Assembly: GCA_013239625.1 (NCBI GenBank)
Contig: MU054220.1
Coordinates: forward strand, 8,157,367-8,221,366
DNA from: Lama guanicoe
Lineage: Eukaryota
Length of the DNA: 64,000 nt
Reading direction: 5' to 3'
Part shown: positions 38,074 through 50,765 of the stretch, piece after piece
How positions within the stretch are numbered: the first letter of the stretch is position 1
How the letters are laid out: the number at the start of each line of letters is the position of its first letter
Made by a program: the position numbers and the translations under genes
Notes under the pieces: model-generated
Told to the model about the DNA's origin: nothing
Databases searched by the model: none
Seen by the model: the letters and a program-made list of their open reading frames with translations, nothing else

Positions 38074-38779
38074 GCTTGGCACTACGTGTTGGGTGTACAC
38101 GGGTGAATAAAACTGGCATTGATCTGAGTGTGATGCAATTGAAAATCTGAAGTTCCAGAGTAATAGTGAATCATGGTAGAAAAGTAATGATCCTGGCATC
38201 ATCAGAAATATTATCAGTCTCACAATTAAGCCTGACCGTTTCTGGAAGTTTCTAGTAGATACTCTGCATGGTCGTGAAAATCATTTGAAACTTTCAAATA
38301 AGACATAAAGGGGGGCAGCAAATCCTTTGAATGCCACATGGGGTTGTAGTCACCTGATGGTTATCTAGGGGAAATGCAGTTAAATCAGCTCACAGTTCCC
38401 TATTTATTAAAGGTCCCAGACCCCGTGTTAACTTGTAGACTTTTGGGCTCAGTAGAGATGCAGATAATTTCCCTCTGGTAAAACAGATAACCTGAAAGGT
38501 TTATGGGCCTTTCAGACATAAATCAGTTTTGTATCTAATTCAGAAATCTTCTCGAGCATTGCTTATATACACCTAATATTAATGCTCTCCAAACTGGCCA
38601 TAATATCTTATTTGTTACCTCTTTAAATAATGAGTTAAATAAAGCATTGATGTGTGTGCATTTTATAGTTATCTGAGAGTCATGATTTTTACCTTTTTCA
38701 AAATTACACCTAAGAAAGTTACACCTAAAAATACCAAGTTTAAGGCAAATACCTTTTACAGCTACTGGACTAATAGATT

Positions 38780-39400
38780 TTTATTTTAATCAAGAATGAT
38801 TATTAAAAATTTATCAAGTTATTATCTATAACATCTATCAATGTGATAAAAAAATTGTCCTTTTTACATTTTAAATATATCATAAATTAGTGAAATATTA
38901 CCAGTAACTCTTTCAATGCTGGGCCACCCTTTTATTTATGATATAAATAATATGTTTTTAAAGTATTATTTTAAAATACTGCTAGATTCAATTTGGTAGT
39001 ATTGTATTTAGAACTTTTTGTGTTTAAATTAGTACTTGAGTTAGTTTCTTTAATTTTAATTTTGTGTATGATATCTTTTTCTTTTTGTTATTGTAGAAAT
39101 TGTTGGTGAGCTTCTGTTTTTCCCCCCTATATACTGGAATAATTTAACTAAAAAAAGGAATCCTATGCTATATCTTTGAAGATTTCATAGATTTTTTTTT
39201 CCTTTTGGAAAAATTTAGATCTGTAGTTACATTTTCAATTTTTCTTATGGCTATTGGTCTACTCAATTTTTCTACTTGATATTGAGTCCTTTTGAAAATA
39301 TAGATTGCCTTAGTACATTGTCTGTTTTATCTAGATGATCACATTTATTGGTACCAATATATAAATGGTATTCTTTTATTAATTTAAACATATTATATAA
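38780..39400 (-). mobile_element. Highly diverged L1 ORF2 fragment
   Basis: atactgctagattcaatttggtagtattgtatttagaactttttgtgtt and ggctattggtctactcaatttttctacttg are typical reverse old-L1 ORF2. Confidence 0.6.
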
Positions 39401-40623
39401 GAAAACTTGTTCACATGTCTATGTATGATTCCATCTTGATGGATGTTTATGTGTCGTGTGTATGTGTTTTATTTTATATGAAGGGAAAATAGGAAGCATC
39501 ATTTTCTGTAATAAACTTGTTGGTTCACATGTCTCCATTTACAATATGCCCCTCAAATCTTTCCATGTCAGTTTATGTAAATTGCCATCATTTTTCTTCT
39601 AATGGTGCGAGTTGTACATAGAAGTTCTCGAGGTTATTTTTAATTACTTTCGTTAGATGTAACACACTTTTCTTTTGACTTTTCCAGAGGTTGAATGTCT
39701 ATGTTGTTAATTTTCAGCTTTTCTACCTTATTATAAGATATTTAATAGCAATTTTAACTTACCTTCCATGTGACATTCTCAATTGCATCCTTTTTCACAA
39801 ATCCTTATTCCTACCTGGTGGTAAATATATAAGGCTCGTAGTATCCAGTGGGCAAAGGAAATAATTTTACCTATGATTTTACTTGAGTTCCTATTGTTTT
39901 TGCTCCATCCTTGATTTTTCCCATCTTTCTTTCCTTTTTTAAAAAATTACCTTTGCTTTGAGTCAGTGCCATTCCCTGGAAAAGTAAAGCGACATCCTTC
40001 CACACAAGGATTGCTGACTGCAAAGTCACATTATGCTTCATATCATCACATTTCAAAAGTAACAATTAGAGGTGATGACAGGATGCTCTACAAAATCTAT
40101 ATTACCTCGTAACGAAGCAGACGTATTAGAGAAAAGCTGTGACAAAATGCCACCCGTGTTCCCACAGTCACTCCAAGCTTTGAATTTTCGTGCTAGCCAA
40201 AAAAAGTTAACACATAGTCAACACTAGGATTTGACATTTCTGTGTTGAATAATTACTTCTTTTTTAAAGCCAAGATTATTTTAGTTAACAAGCAACAGAA
40301 ACTCATTTAAAAATAATTATAAGAAAAACAGGAAGACGGGGATGTCTTACAGATTTCGACTGTGGGAAGCTTTTCCCACGGTCGGCGGCCGGGTCCTAGG
40401 AAGCTGCCAGTAACTAAGGCAACTGTTATTTCTTTCTATTTCTCTTTCTGTTTCTCTTTCCCCTTTCTCTTTCTTTTTTCTCTCACTCATGGAAACGAAT
40501 CACTTACCTCACTTGCCTGTTTTTCTATATGCTTTTCTGAAGAATGCTTTTCTCTACTTCCCTGTACCAAATAATGATTTTACAGGTCCTGTTTTGGAAG
40601 TGACCAGTATTCACTCATAAGCC

Positions 40624-41195
40624 TGTTAAAAAAAAAATTGCACTGGAAAAGTTAAACAAGCAAGGAAGAGTTTATTCAAGACTCTTGAATAAGTGAAGAG
40701 AGGCAAGATGGCGCTTAACTCTACTGACACAAAAGATGGTTTTAAGTGCCGGAGTGAGCTGGTGGAAAAATGCTAGAGGATGTTACTGGGGGTGTTGGTC
40801 AGTAGAGCGTGTTGAGCGTGATGAGTTATTCCTGAATTTGCTAACGTTCTTCTCTTCTTCTCTGTGATCAGGCCCCATATGTTTGCTGATTGGCGCCCAC
40901 TGAAGTTAGGAAGCTCACCTTCCCAAGCACATGGAGGGTTGGGGAGCTGTCTTCCCTGAAGTTTACATTTCAAGTGGGTGGCTCTCAGGGCCTTGAGAAA
41001 AACATTCCTGGGTTGTGAAACTGGCAGGAAGCTAGGAGGACTAACATACCTTTCAAAAGGCCAGAGAAGTAATTTTAAATTACAGATTTTCTCAAGTAAG
41101 TGCTCTAAGGAAACGGAGGTCAGCGGCCTGTAGTTTGGAGGCCACCTCACTGATGTTTAGTTAAGGTGAGGGGAGTGTTAAGACCCTCTTATTCA
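40624..41195 (-). mobile_element. MER67-like ERV1 solo LTR
   Basis: Minus strand begins tgaataagagggtcttaacactcccctcaccttaactaaac and ends taaca. TSD agcc/agtc (3/4). Confidence 0.75.
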
Positions 41196-41719
41196 AGTCC
41201 AAAGTTGCAAGCTCGTTTCAGTCAGGATTTCAGATTCTCAAGGGAATAAAGTTGATTGACCCATGAGAAGGTTACATGTCTAATGCAGGCCCAGTCAAAA
41301 TTAGCCGTTCAGGAGGTGTCACATGGCTTTCAGAGGAGGGCAGTTCTGGGAGGCATGGGTTATAGATGTGCAGGGCAGTAAAGGCAGCTCCTGTGAACAT
41401 TTGCTGCAGTATCGGCCTGAAATGACTGTTTATCATTTTGCAAGTTAAAGCATTAAAGTTGAAACTCCCAAGAAGCCCATAGGATAAGAAAGTTTAAGAA
41501 GCGAAGAAGCTAATGGGCCTTCGTGCTCTGCAACCAATTAACAAAAAATGCGTGTTGACAATATGCAGTAAAACAGGAAAAAATATGTAGTTTATGTATA
41601 ATCTGCAGAGTACTTGAGATTCTTTTTCTTTTACTTAATTTCTGTGAGATTGTACTGTATTTCTCTGAGATCCAACCTCAGATTGACTGGCCACAGGGTG
41701 CCAGATGGTGAATATATGA

Positions 41720-42640
41720 GAATATTGATCAGCCATACTTTCGATAAATATGTGAGTGCATGAAGCTAAGAACTGCATGAACACAGGTTAGAAGAATAAA
41801 ACCCCCAAATGGCAATTTTAAAGCAGTGTGGAGGGAAAAAATAAGGGGGATGCCAAGAGTTGGATGAAAATAAAATGGAGGGCTGTCTAATCTAGCTGAG
41901 GAGAGAGAAGAGACAGTAGTTCTCTGGAGGAGGTGATCCTGCCCTGAATAAGAGCAAGGGGAGGGTGTGGATGCGGGGTGCGGAGTGAGTACATGGACAA
42001 CACAGTGTACATGGAGAAGTACAAAGCTTATTGTGCAACAAGAAATTCAATTCCAAGTCAGGAAGCGGCAAGAAGTAAGGCTGGAGAAGTAGGCTAGATC
42101 ACAGAAGGCTCATATATGTCTCACTAAAAACTTTGAATTGTTAACATGTAGATTTTACCATGCAAAGTCCATTAGTGAGAACCTACACTGTCCCTTGCCA
42201 TTGTTCCAAATGTTGTTTCCATCATGGCATATATTAAGAGTAATAAAATTCATACAGCACCCTGGACAAAGGGAAGAGGCTGCCTGCTTGCCTCAGCCCC
42301 TCTCCTGCCCCCGAACCCCATCCAGCTGCACTGAGGGCTGAGGTTCTCAGTTGACACAGCAGTGTTCTGTAGCTGCCCCATTGGAGGTTTTGGAATGCCA
42401 CTCCGTAGAAGGAGGATTCAGGGTTACAAGCCCGAAGACAAGGAGAAAAGTTTCGGGCAAGGTAATGGCTTAAAAGAGCTCACGTTAAAAATTAGGAAGG
42501 ATGAATAAGAGAGTAGTAAATGTGCAGAAGATGCATGGATACATTTGAGAAATATTTAGGAGTTAAAGTTGACAGACTTTAGTGATTGATAGCTGTGCAG
42601 AATGCAAGGTAAGACCTAATCCAGGGTGACTCTGCCCTAT
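41720..42640 (-). mobile_element. L2 fragment containing a nested Charlie4-like element (~42198-42400)
   Basis: L2: ggaggaggtgatcctgccctgaa; ggctggagaagtaggctagatcacagaagg; gatacatttgagaaatatttaggagttaaagttgacagact. Insert: catggcatatattaagagtaataaaattcatacagcaccctgg...ctgagggctgagg. Confidence 0.65.
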
Positions 42641-42732
42641 CATTTAACTGCAATGCCTGCATATTTTTACATGCCAGGGCTATCGTTTTCCCAGAATTCT
42701 TATAGGCAAATTGATCTGAAGTATAGTGGGGA

Positions 42733-43062
42733 CCACAGACATAGAAAACAAAGTACAGTTACCAGAGGAGGAGAGGTAAGTAAGAGTTTGGAATTAACAG
42801 ATGGCACTAGTGTAACATAGTGTACACTACTATGCATAAAATAGATAAGCAACAAGGACCTACTGTCTAGCACAGGGAACTGTAGTCAATTTCTTGTAAT
42901 AAGCTCTAATGGAAAAGAATCTGAAAATACACACGCACGTGTGTGTGTGTGTGTGTGTACACACATGTATTAGCAAAACTGAATTGCTTTGCTGTATACC
43001 TGAAACTAACATTGTAAATCAACTACACTTCAATAAAAAATTAAACATAAATGAAAATAAGT
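42733..43062 (+). mobile_element. Cetartiodactyl L1 3' stub with 14-bp TSD
   Basis: aaaatagataagcaacaaggacctactgtctagcacagggaact...cacttcaataaa. TSD aagtatagtgggga (42719-42732) / aagtatactgggga (43063-43076). Confidence 0.92.
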
Positions 43063-43539
43063 AAGTATACTGGGGAAGGAAATTGTCAGGAAAGGAAAAG
43101 TAGGCAGGAAAAAGTAAAAAGAATGCAGTAGACGATGGCGGGGTGGAATACTTTAGAGACTTAAAATACAAGGCCTATTTAGGAGACAGCTATTAGTCCA
43201 AAAGGTTAAAGTGAATGGGTATGAGGCGGCACAGGTAGATTTAGCCCAGTTAGTTGAAAGTTAGAAAGTTCTGCTGTAGAAACAGTCAAGTGGGCTGATG
43301 AGATTCTTTTCTCTTGAAGAGGAAACATGATTAGCTTTGCTGCTTTGCTGGACTGAATAAGATGTTAGGATCCTTAGACAGTTTGAAAGAAGTCTAGAGG
43401 TTCAGACTGCAAAATTCAGCCTCTCACTCTCCTTCTCTGTCTCCCCACTTCCCGCTCCCTCCTGCTTTCCTGTGCATTGACACAATGTCAGATAAACTGT
43501 CTCCACACGGTGGCAGTGGAACCCTTGACCGCTGGCTCT

Positions 43540-43722
43540 TTAATAACTGCCATCTTAGAAAGAGATCTTTTCCTCTCTTTATAAAAAAACTACTCTGAAA
43601 ATTAGCATGCAAATCATGTAAAAATGTATTCTCCATTTCTGTATTTTTCTAATCTCATGGACCCAAAATAAACAATTCATAGACCGGGATAGTCCTGCAG
43701 ACCACACTTTGAATGGCACTAG
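43540..43722. mobile_element. hAT-Charlie MITE end (MER119-like)
   Basis: aacaattcatagaccgggatagtcctgcagaccacactttgaatggcactag followed by gtctag. Confidence 0.45.
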
Positions 43723-45996
43723 GTCTAGTGATCTTCCACCATGTCAGAAACCATCAAACCCAAAGCTGAACTTCTCTGAATGTAGAGAGAATGGTGACTG
43801 AATAGCCTTACTCCTTGTTTGCCTCATCCTGTACATAAGGAGGCAGAGTCCTGGTTTTACAGCCTCATTAGATAGGGGAGTGGTGGATCCCCAAGGGTTA
43901 CATTACCAAAGGAAAGTTTTGCTCAAAAACAGCAAGTGTCTTCAGGATAAGCACAGTGATGGCAACGTACTACACGGACTACTTTGAAAAGAGATTGGTC
44001 CATCACTTAGTCAACGCAAGTTTATTGTGTCTGGTGTACAGACTGGTCCTTGTGATAAATTCTGGAAATGTAGAGGTGAAGGAAATATACATAGGTCCTG
44101 CCCTTAGCAGGGTGGATAAATACGACCCAGAAACAGATGTCTAGGTACAGAGTAGTCCACTATGTCTGAGACCTTAGGATAAGTTCTTGCTTTTTCCTTT
44201 TTACCATGAAAATGCCTACCCGTGATCTCTTCTTCCAGCTTCTGACTACCTACATAGTTCATAGGAGGGTGATCATAGTCAAGGGCTTGATGGAGCTTAT
44301 AATATTTCACAATATTTTTAACAATTTCCTGGACTCTTCAGTTTTGGGTGTCAAAAACAAATAAAATCAGGCAGACTTGCAAGATAAAATATTCACATCA
44401 GCCAAAGCAACCCTACCACATAACAGGTTGTACTCATTTCGCCAAGAAGAGTCAGTAAAAATGATCTCCAAACAAAAGAAGCAAACATTTGACCCCTCTA
44501 GCTCACTGCTTGACTGATGGAGGTATCTTTCTCGCTAGGTAGTAAGCAGGTAAGCGAGTGATTGAAGGAAGAACATTTTTCTTTGTTCACGACTGTCCTC
44601 TGTAGCTAGATTAGTGCCTGCCACATGTGCGTTGTAGATGGAATGAATAAATGAGAACAGCTTTCTTAATGAGGTACTGCAGCCTTCCTCTTTCCTTATT
44701 GAGTCAAGCAAAACAAAATTTGTTTTGAAAAAGAAAATAGAAGAAATATAACCAAAAATAAGAAAAATCTGTCTCCGGAACCAAAATTTGTTTTCAAAGA
44801 TTTATACATTTAATTTTCAACTAGACATGTAATGGCTGAGCTTCTTTTTTACATTTTGCTCTAGTAAATCTGAACTTTACGAAGTCTGAGGGGGTGAGAC
44901 AGCCACCAATCACAGGATAAGTGCTTAAAGCTTCTTTTATTATTTTTCAGCTGGTGCCCTTTGCTGAAGGATAGCTCCTGTTTTCCTCAGTGGCAGGATA
45001 AAAACACTCCGTTTTATGGAAGCAATTAGACACACATCTGTTCCAGAACTTCCATATTAAATGCTTATCCACATAGACTCTGTGAATTTCAAAATGTCTG
45101 TTTGCAACAAGGGAGGCTTTAATTCACACTGATGAACGAGGACACGCTGTGGTGGTGAGACATGGCCCTGTTTCACTTTGGTTCAGTGAAAACATAGGCT
45201 TTCATTCCTTGAGTGGTTAAAAACCTGAGGTTATCTCTGCGGTAGCCAATCTAAGAAGGATTATGATATTTCATTTGGCTTTTCATATCTGTTTAACATG
45301 TGGTTAAAAGATGTGTTTTCAGCTCTGTATTCCTAGCATTGAACTTGGCAAGTATTCAGTATAAATCATTGTAGAATTACTGAATGTATGCATCTGAGAA
45401 TAGGAAAAACACTAAATCATTGAGATTCTCAGACCCAAATGTCATATTTGAACATATAGACTTTTTTTGGAGGAGGAAACCTGATTTTATTCCCAGTGTT
45501 AATAATTAAAATAATAGATTAGTTAAAAATTAAATATTTAAATAAACACATACACACATATGAACAGTAAGTCACATACATACAAATTGCCTATTAGCTA
45601 TTTGTTACCACGGGTTCATTGAGCTTTAGGAAATGAGAGACTAGGTAAAAGATATCATAAAAATATTTAATACAAAACAAAAAAGGTAAAAACACTACAT
45701 ATATCAATATAACTTTTCAAAAAGGTATAACTGAGATGATTATATATCCCTTTTTAGTAAATTTTTTTCTTTGTTGCTAGATTCCTGTCCCCGTGTTTTT
45801 TTTTTTTTTTCCCATCTCTGTATCACCCTAGTCATGAAATTCATTGGCTTATATTTTTATTTCTGTATTCAGAGTAAGATATCCTCCTATCCAGGAATAC
45901 TTAAAGGGACTTCTTTCTTTTCTTCTCTCTGCTTCTCGAGAAGAAATAACTTCCTATCTAGGTATGGCAGTTCTCCTCCACTGATGGGCTCTCTAT

Positions 45997-46455
45997 ATAT
46001 TTATTTTTTTATTTGAAGTCTAGTTGACTTACAATATTAATTTCAGGTGTACAGCATAGTAATTCAGCATTTTTACAGATTATACTCCATTAAAAGTTGT
46101 TACAAAATAGTAGCTATAATTCCTTGTGCTATAATATATCCTTGTTTCTTACCTATTTTATACATAGTAGTTTGTATCTCCATCCCATACCCCTAATTTG
46201 TCCCTACTCCCTTCTCTCTCCCCTTTGGTAACCACTAGTTGTTTTTTTTTTTTTTCCTGTATCTGTGAGTCTGTTTCTATTTTGCACATATGTTTATTTG
46301 TACTATTTTTTAGATTCCACATATAAGTGATATCATACAGTATTTGTCTTCCTCTGTCTGACTTACTTCACTATGCAGTAGTTTTCTCAACATCCATCCA
46401 CTTTGCTGCAAATGGCAGAATTTCGTTATTTTTTAATTGCTGAGTAATAATCCAT
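45997..46455 (-). mobile_element. Cetartiodactyl L1 3' fragment with TSD, inserted in an L2 remnant
   Basis: ttcaggtgtacagcatagtaattcag...ccctttggtaaccactag...ttagattccacatataagtgatatcatacagtatttgtc. TSD tgatgggctctctat / tgataggctctttat (13/15). Confidence 0.92.
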
Positions 46456-47566
46456 TGATAGGCTCTTTATTGATATGCATTCTCCCTTTTTTCATCTCTC
46501 CCTCCTCATTCTTACATTTCAGGTTTTATTCATATGAGCCATTAGAGTGTCCCAGTTATTCTCTGAAAGCCCCAATTCTGCTACATGTTTGAAATTACTC
46601 ATATTATGATTCAGGTGGAAGAAGAGTTTCATTTTTTCTTTTCATCCCTGAGTTAAAATCCTCATTATTTGCTCTCTGAATTAAGACGACTCATGCAGTC
46701 TCTTCTCCAGCTTCAGCTCTTGGACTTCCAGTTGTCTTGTTTTATACTTTTTTACTTCTGAACTATAGGCTAGGACTGTATCTTAGTTACCTTTTATCTA
46801 CAGCTGCTGGATTTGTGATTTATAGATTAAGAATCTCAAAAAATGGTTTCTAAATGAATGAAGTAATAAATCAGTCAATGAAGAGTCCAGGTTTATTGAG
46901 CAACTTTAAAAGCATATAGAAAGTTGGAACTATTTTTAGACTCTGACAGAAGAATCTCTAACCTCCTCTTTTTTTTTTTCTTTTTCAAATCCATGATTGT
47001 ACATAAAATTTATGTAGGTTTAATTAAATGTTGAGAAGATATAAATAATGACCATGATAAGATCGATACGTCAATGACCATAGTTTCAGAAAAAAATATT
47101 TTATTCATGCTTCAAAATAAAGCTTTAAAATGATTTGGTTTATTTAATGATAACATATTCATAACCTTACTTGAAATAATATTATAAATTCTTGAATAAT
47201 TAAAAACTACATAAAATATAAAATATTAATTAAAAATAATCTGTCACATACAGAAATGTCTGTGGCATAATAAATTTAATATTTAACTTTCCAAATATTT
47301 GTATATCTTGCCTTTAATTGCTCCCTATACTCCATATACGTTTCTTTCTATCCATGAACTTTATATTTACCTGGTGCACTTTACTGCACACATAATAAAA
47401 TAATCAGTGAAGAGTTGAATTCTGCTTTTAAAGATAGTAGAATCGTTCACCCATTTATAAATTATTTATTAATATTAATATTTGTTAGCTCTAACCAACC
47501 AGGCATTTAAAAAATTTGTATGAATTACATTATTGAAGGTTTTTTTTTATTCCAAAATAACCTTTA

Positions 47567-47662
47567 GGGGTTAGGAGGTATAGCTCAGTGCTAGAACGTG
47601 GGCTTGGTGTGCACAAGATCCTGGATTCAATCCCCAATACCTCTGTTAAGGAAAAAAAAAAA
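47567..47662 (+). mobile_element. tRNA-Ala-derived SINE, camelid Vic-1-like
   Basis: ggggttaggaggtatagctcagtgctagaacgtgggcttggtgtgcacaagatcctggattcaatccccaatacctc followed by an A tail. Contains A-box tagctcagtgc and B-box gattcaatcc. Confidence 0.85.
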
Positions 47663-49419
47663 GTAAGACTGAATCCAAATACTGATCCTAAACAATAAGA
47701 AAGGATAATTATTGAGTGCCCGATTAAAACTAAAATGGAATGAAAGAAAACAAACTAGCAAGTTAAAATCAACTTTAATAATTTTTAGTATCTAACTTAT
47801 TATGTCATGACCATCAATTTTTTGGTACTTTGCAACTTACAGTCTTTTTGAAGTCAAGTAAGCTCTCATTCTCTCTGGTTATGGAATTTAGCACAGTCTT
47901 TATTTTCTAATGTGCCCTTTAGTTAATCTTGTTAATTAACGGCAACTAAACTGGAGACCATTTGGGAATGTGTTTGTTAATCTTAATAAAGCTTGTAATA
48001 AATGAGTGTGGGCATTAGTAAAGATTTTAAGCCATACAGTTAGAAGCATCGGAGTCTGTTGACAGAACTGAAAACTGAGAATCTATTAGATGAAGAGATA
48101 TGAAGAGGTCTTCTACTAATTGAAAGCGGCCCCGGGTTCTTCCAATGTCACACAACGTCATATTTGTGACGACTCTAAGAGCCACTTTTTTTTCAGTCTC
48201 TGTGTAAATCTTGCTTGATTTGTTAACCTCGGAACATTACTGCCTGAGTGGAGAACAATTAGATTCATTAATTTGTTTCCCTTCTCCCTTGATTTAATAT
48301 GTCCTCAGTAATAGAGCTCACTAACAATTGTAGTCTTGACTTTAGTGCTTATTAGCAAATTATACTTTAAACTGAATATTAAATTATCATTGAGCAATGT
48401 GAATAAAGAGAGCATTTCAAAGCTGGAAAAAAAGGTAAACTATTTTTGGCATATACTTTCAGAGGCATAAGATTTTACATACTCACAATTGTCTAGGAGA
48501 TACAAAACCCTGTGGCATAACTTTCTCACATTGTATTTTTGCTAAGTTAAAATAGTTTGTGTGGTGAAGAAAGACGTTTTCTTGAGAATGAATGAATTAT
48601 TAAATAATTATGTCACCCCCTAAGAGAGGGCCCCTTCCTACAGTTGATGATTATTGATGAGCGTTGAGTCTTCTAATACATTAAATGTGCCCCTGAAGTG
48701 TCTTGGCTGACAGAGTTTCAGCTTACTTTAGTGGACAGCTAGTTTTTAAACCAAACATCTCACTATAAATAATTAAGATGTTGGATTAACAAACACATAT
48801 TGAAGATCCAAAAGGAAAGCAAGAAACATGCAGGCTGAGTTTTGGCTCAAAAGTTAATCAGAGAGGTAGGTGGAATAACGAAAGGAAAAGTCACCTTCAT
48901 TCTGAACACATCTATCTGTACAATGCACATTTGAGAGCCAGCAGGCAACCATCATAGCCTATTATCCAAATACGGTAGGTGTTGTTCTGGAAGACCTTCC
49001 CCGCTTTCATATGAAAACCCAGAAGGTTACACCTTTTGGGGTAATGGCAAACCTGCTTTAGACTTGTTTTCCACATTCCAGACTCAACTGCGTGAAACTG
49101 CAATAAATGCTGCTGTGACTCTGTATGGGATAGAATGAAGAATGGAAGAAAAATGAAAAACAAAATGAAGAAAAAAAAAGAGCCTTCCTCAGAGTACCTT
49201 CACATGGATTGGTTACATAGTTACACGTGAAGCAGGCGTGCCAGTGACCGTTAAACCCTGAACTTCATTTGACTTTATTCCAATTGCTGAAATACCATTT
49301 TAGGCAAAGACTATTAGGAGGTTGAATATGGACGGGCACAGGGAAATAATCTGAACATGAACTGGAACCAGTGATAACAAGAAGGTAGTAGCATCTGACC
49401 CACATAGACTTAACAGTGG

Positions 49420-49610
49420 ATCTTTTAGCAAACTGAGTTTGTCCTCTCTTTTAACAGTAGATGACAAACTTTAACGTTATCTGATGGGATGTTGAAAGTA
49501 TAAAGATTACATAGTAAAATTGAAACAACCCCAAATAGAACCTCCAGATATGAATACAATGACTAGAATCTACAACTCAGGCGAGCACTTCAGCACTGGC
49601 TAAGGTGGAC
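49420..49610 (+). mobile_element. Old L1 ORF1 fragment
   Basis: aaacaaccccaaatagaacctccagatatgaatacaatgactagaatctacaactca resembles the L1 ORF1 coiled-coil region. Confidence 0.4.
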
Positions 49611-49784
49611 CAGCCCACTACATATCCATCTCTTCCACTGACCTCAACTGCATGGATTCAGTCAGGGCAGCAACCAATCATCTAGGAGTTTATAATCAAA
49701 AGAAATAATAAACTGTGTGCAAATAGTCTTAAATAAATATGATGTGAGTAGACACAATATTATTGTAAAAATATGTGAATACGA

Positions 49785-50020
49785 TGTGTGATTTAGAGCA
49801 TGACATCTGTAGTTGGGCTGCCTGAGTTTAAGACCAGCTCTACCACTTACCTACTTCTTGTGATTTTGGTGCATTACTTAATATTTATGTACCTCAGTTT
49901 CTTCATCTGTATTTGAAAAAAATAACAGTACCTTTTCTATCTGTTGTTGTAAGCATTGATCAACGTGAAGTGTTTAGAAGGGCAACTGGCATTAAAGAAG
50001 CACAATATGTGTTTGCTATT
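49785..50020 (+). mobile_element. MIR SINE (near full length) with a (GTA/GTG)n tail repeat at 50029-50085
   Basis: ccagctctaccacttacctac...tgtacctcagtttcttcatctgta...ataacagtacct...gtgaagtgtttagaa. Confidence 0.85.
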
Positions 50021-50089
50021 CATAGTATGTAGTAGTAATAGTGGTAGTGGCAGTAGTGGCAGCAGTGGGAGTAGTGGGAGTAGTGTTAA

Positions 50090-50765
50090 TGTATCTAAAT
50101 AATATATTGCTTTTCTACTGCTGAATGGCAAATTTCCACAAACTCAGTGGCTTTAAACAATACTCATTTTATTAGCTCACACTTTTGTAGGTCAAAGGTC
50201 TCAGTAGTCTTCTAGTTTCTCTGCTTAGGAGTTCAGGAGATCAAAATCAAGGTGTTGGTCAGTCTGGGATTTATCGGAAGCTCTCAGGTGTGAGGAAGCG
50301 TCTGCTCTGCAGCTTGCTCAGAGTGTTGGCGCACTTCAGTTACTGGCACCTGCAGGGCTGAAGTCCTGATACCTCGCTGGGGGTGCTCTCAGCTGCAGCA
50401 GGCTGTTCTCGGATCCTGGTGGCAGTAGTGGCAGTAGCGGTAGTGATGGTAGTGGCATTAGTGGCAGTAGTGGTAGCGGTAATAGTGGCAGTAGTGGTAG
50501 TGATGGTAGTGGCAGTAGTGGAAGAATCTCTTCTCCACCAGTCCCTCATACTTCACATCTCCCTGACTTTCTCTTCTGTGATCAGCCAGAGAATACTCTG
50601 CTTTTAAAAGGCTCATGGGGGTAGATTAAATCTACCCAGATAACCTCTGTGTCTTAAGGTCAATTAAGCAACCTCTATTACCTCTGCAAAATCCCTTTTG
50701 CCATGTAGCGTGACCTAATCAAGTCTGCAACACCCTGGGAGCATCATAGAGTTCTGCCTGCTACA
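50090..50765 (-). mobile_element. MLT1E-like MaLR LTR with an internal (GTGGCAGTA)n insert at 50419-50521
   Basis: ccacaaactcagtggctttaaacaatactcattttattagctcaca...atcaaggtgttggtc...ctctgcaaaatcccttttgccatgtagcgtgac...ttctgcctgctaca. Confidence 0.85.

Noticed and set aside
47575..47645. Possible tRNA-Ala gene
   Set aside because: The stems and anticodon arm are degenerate and an A tail follows; it is a SINE.
50340..50607. Mucin-like poly-Thr and hydrophobic poly-Val ORFs (also 22648-23060)
   Set aside because: These are translations of trinucleotide-type microsatellites within or next to transposons.
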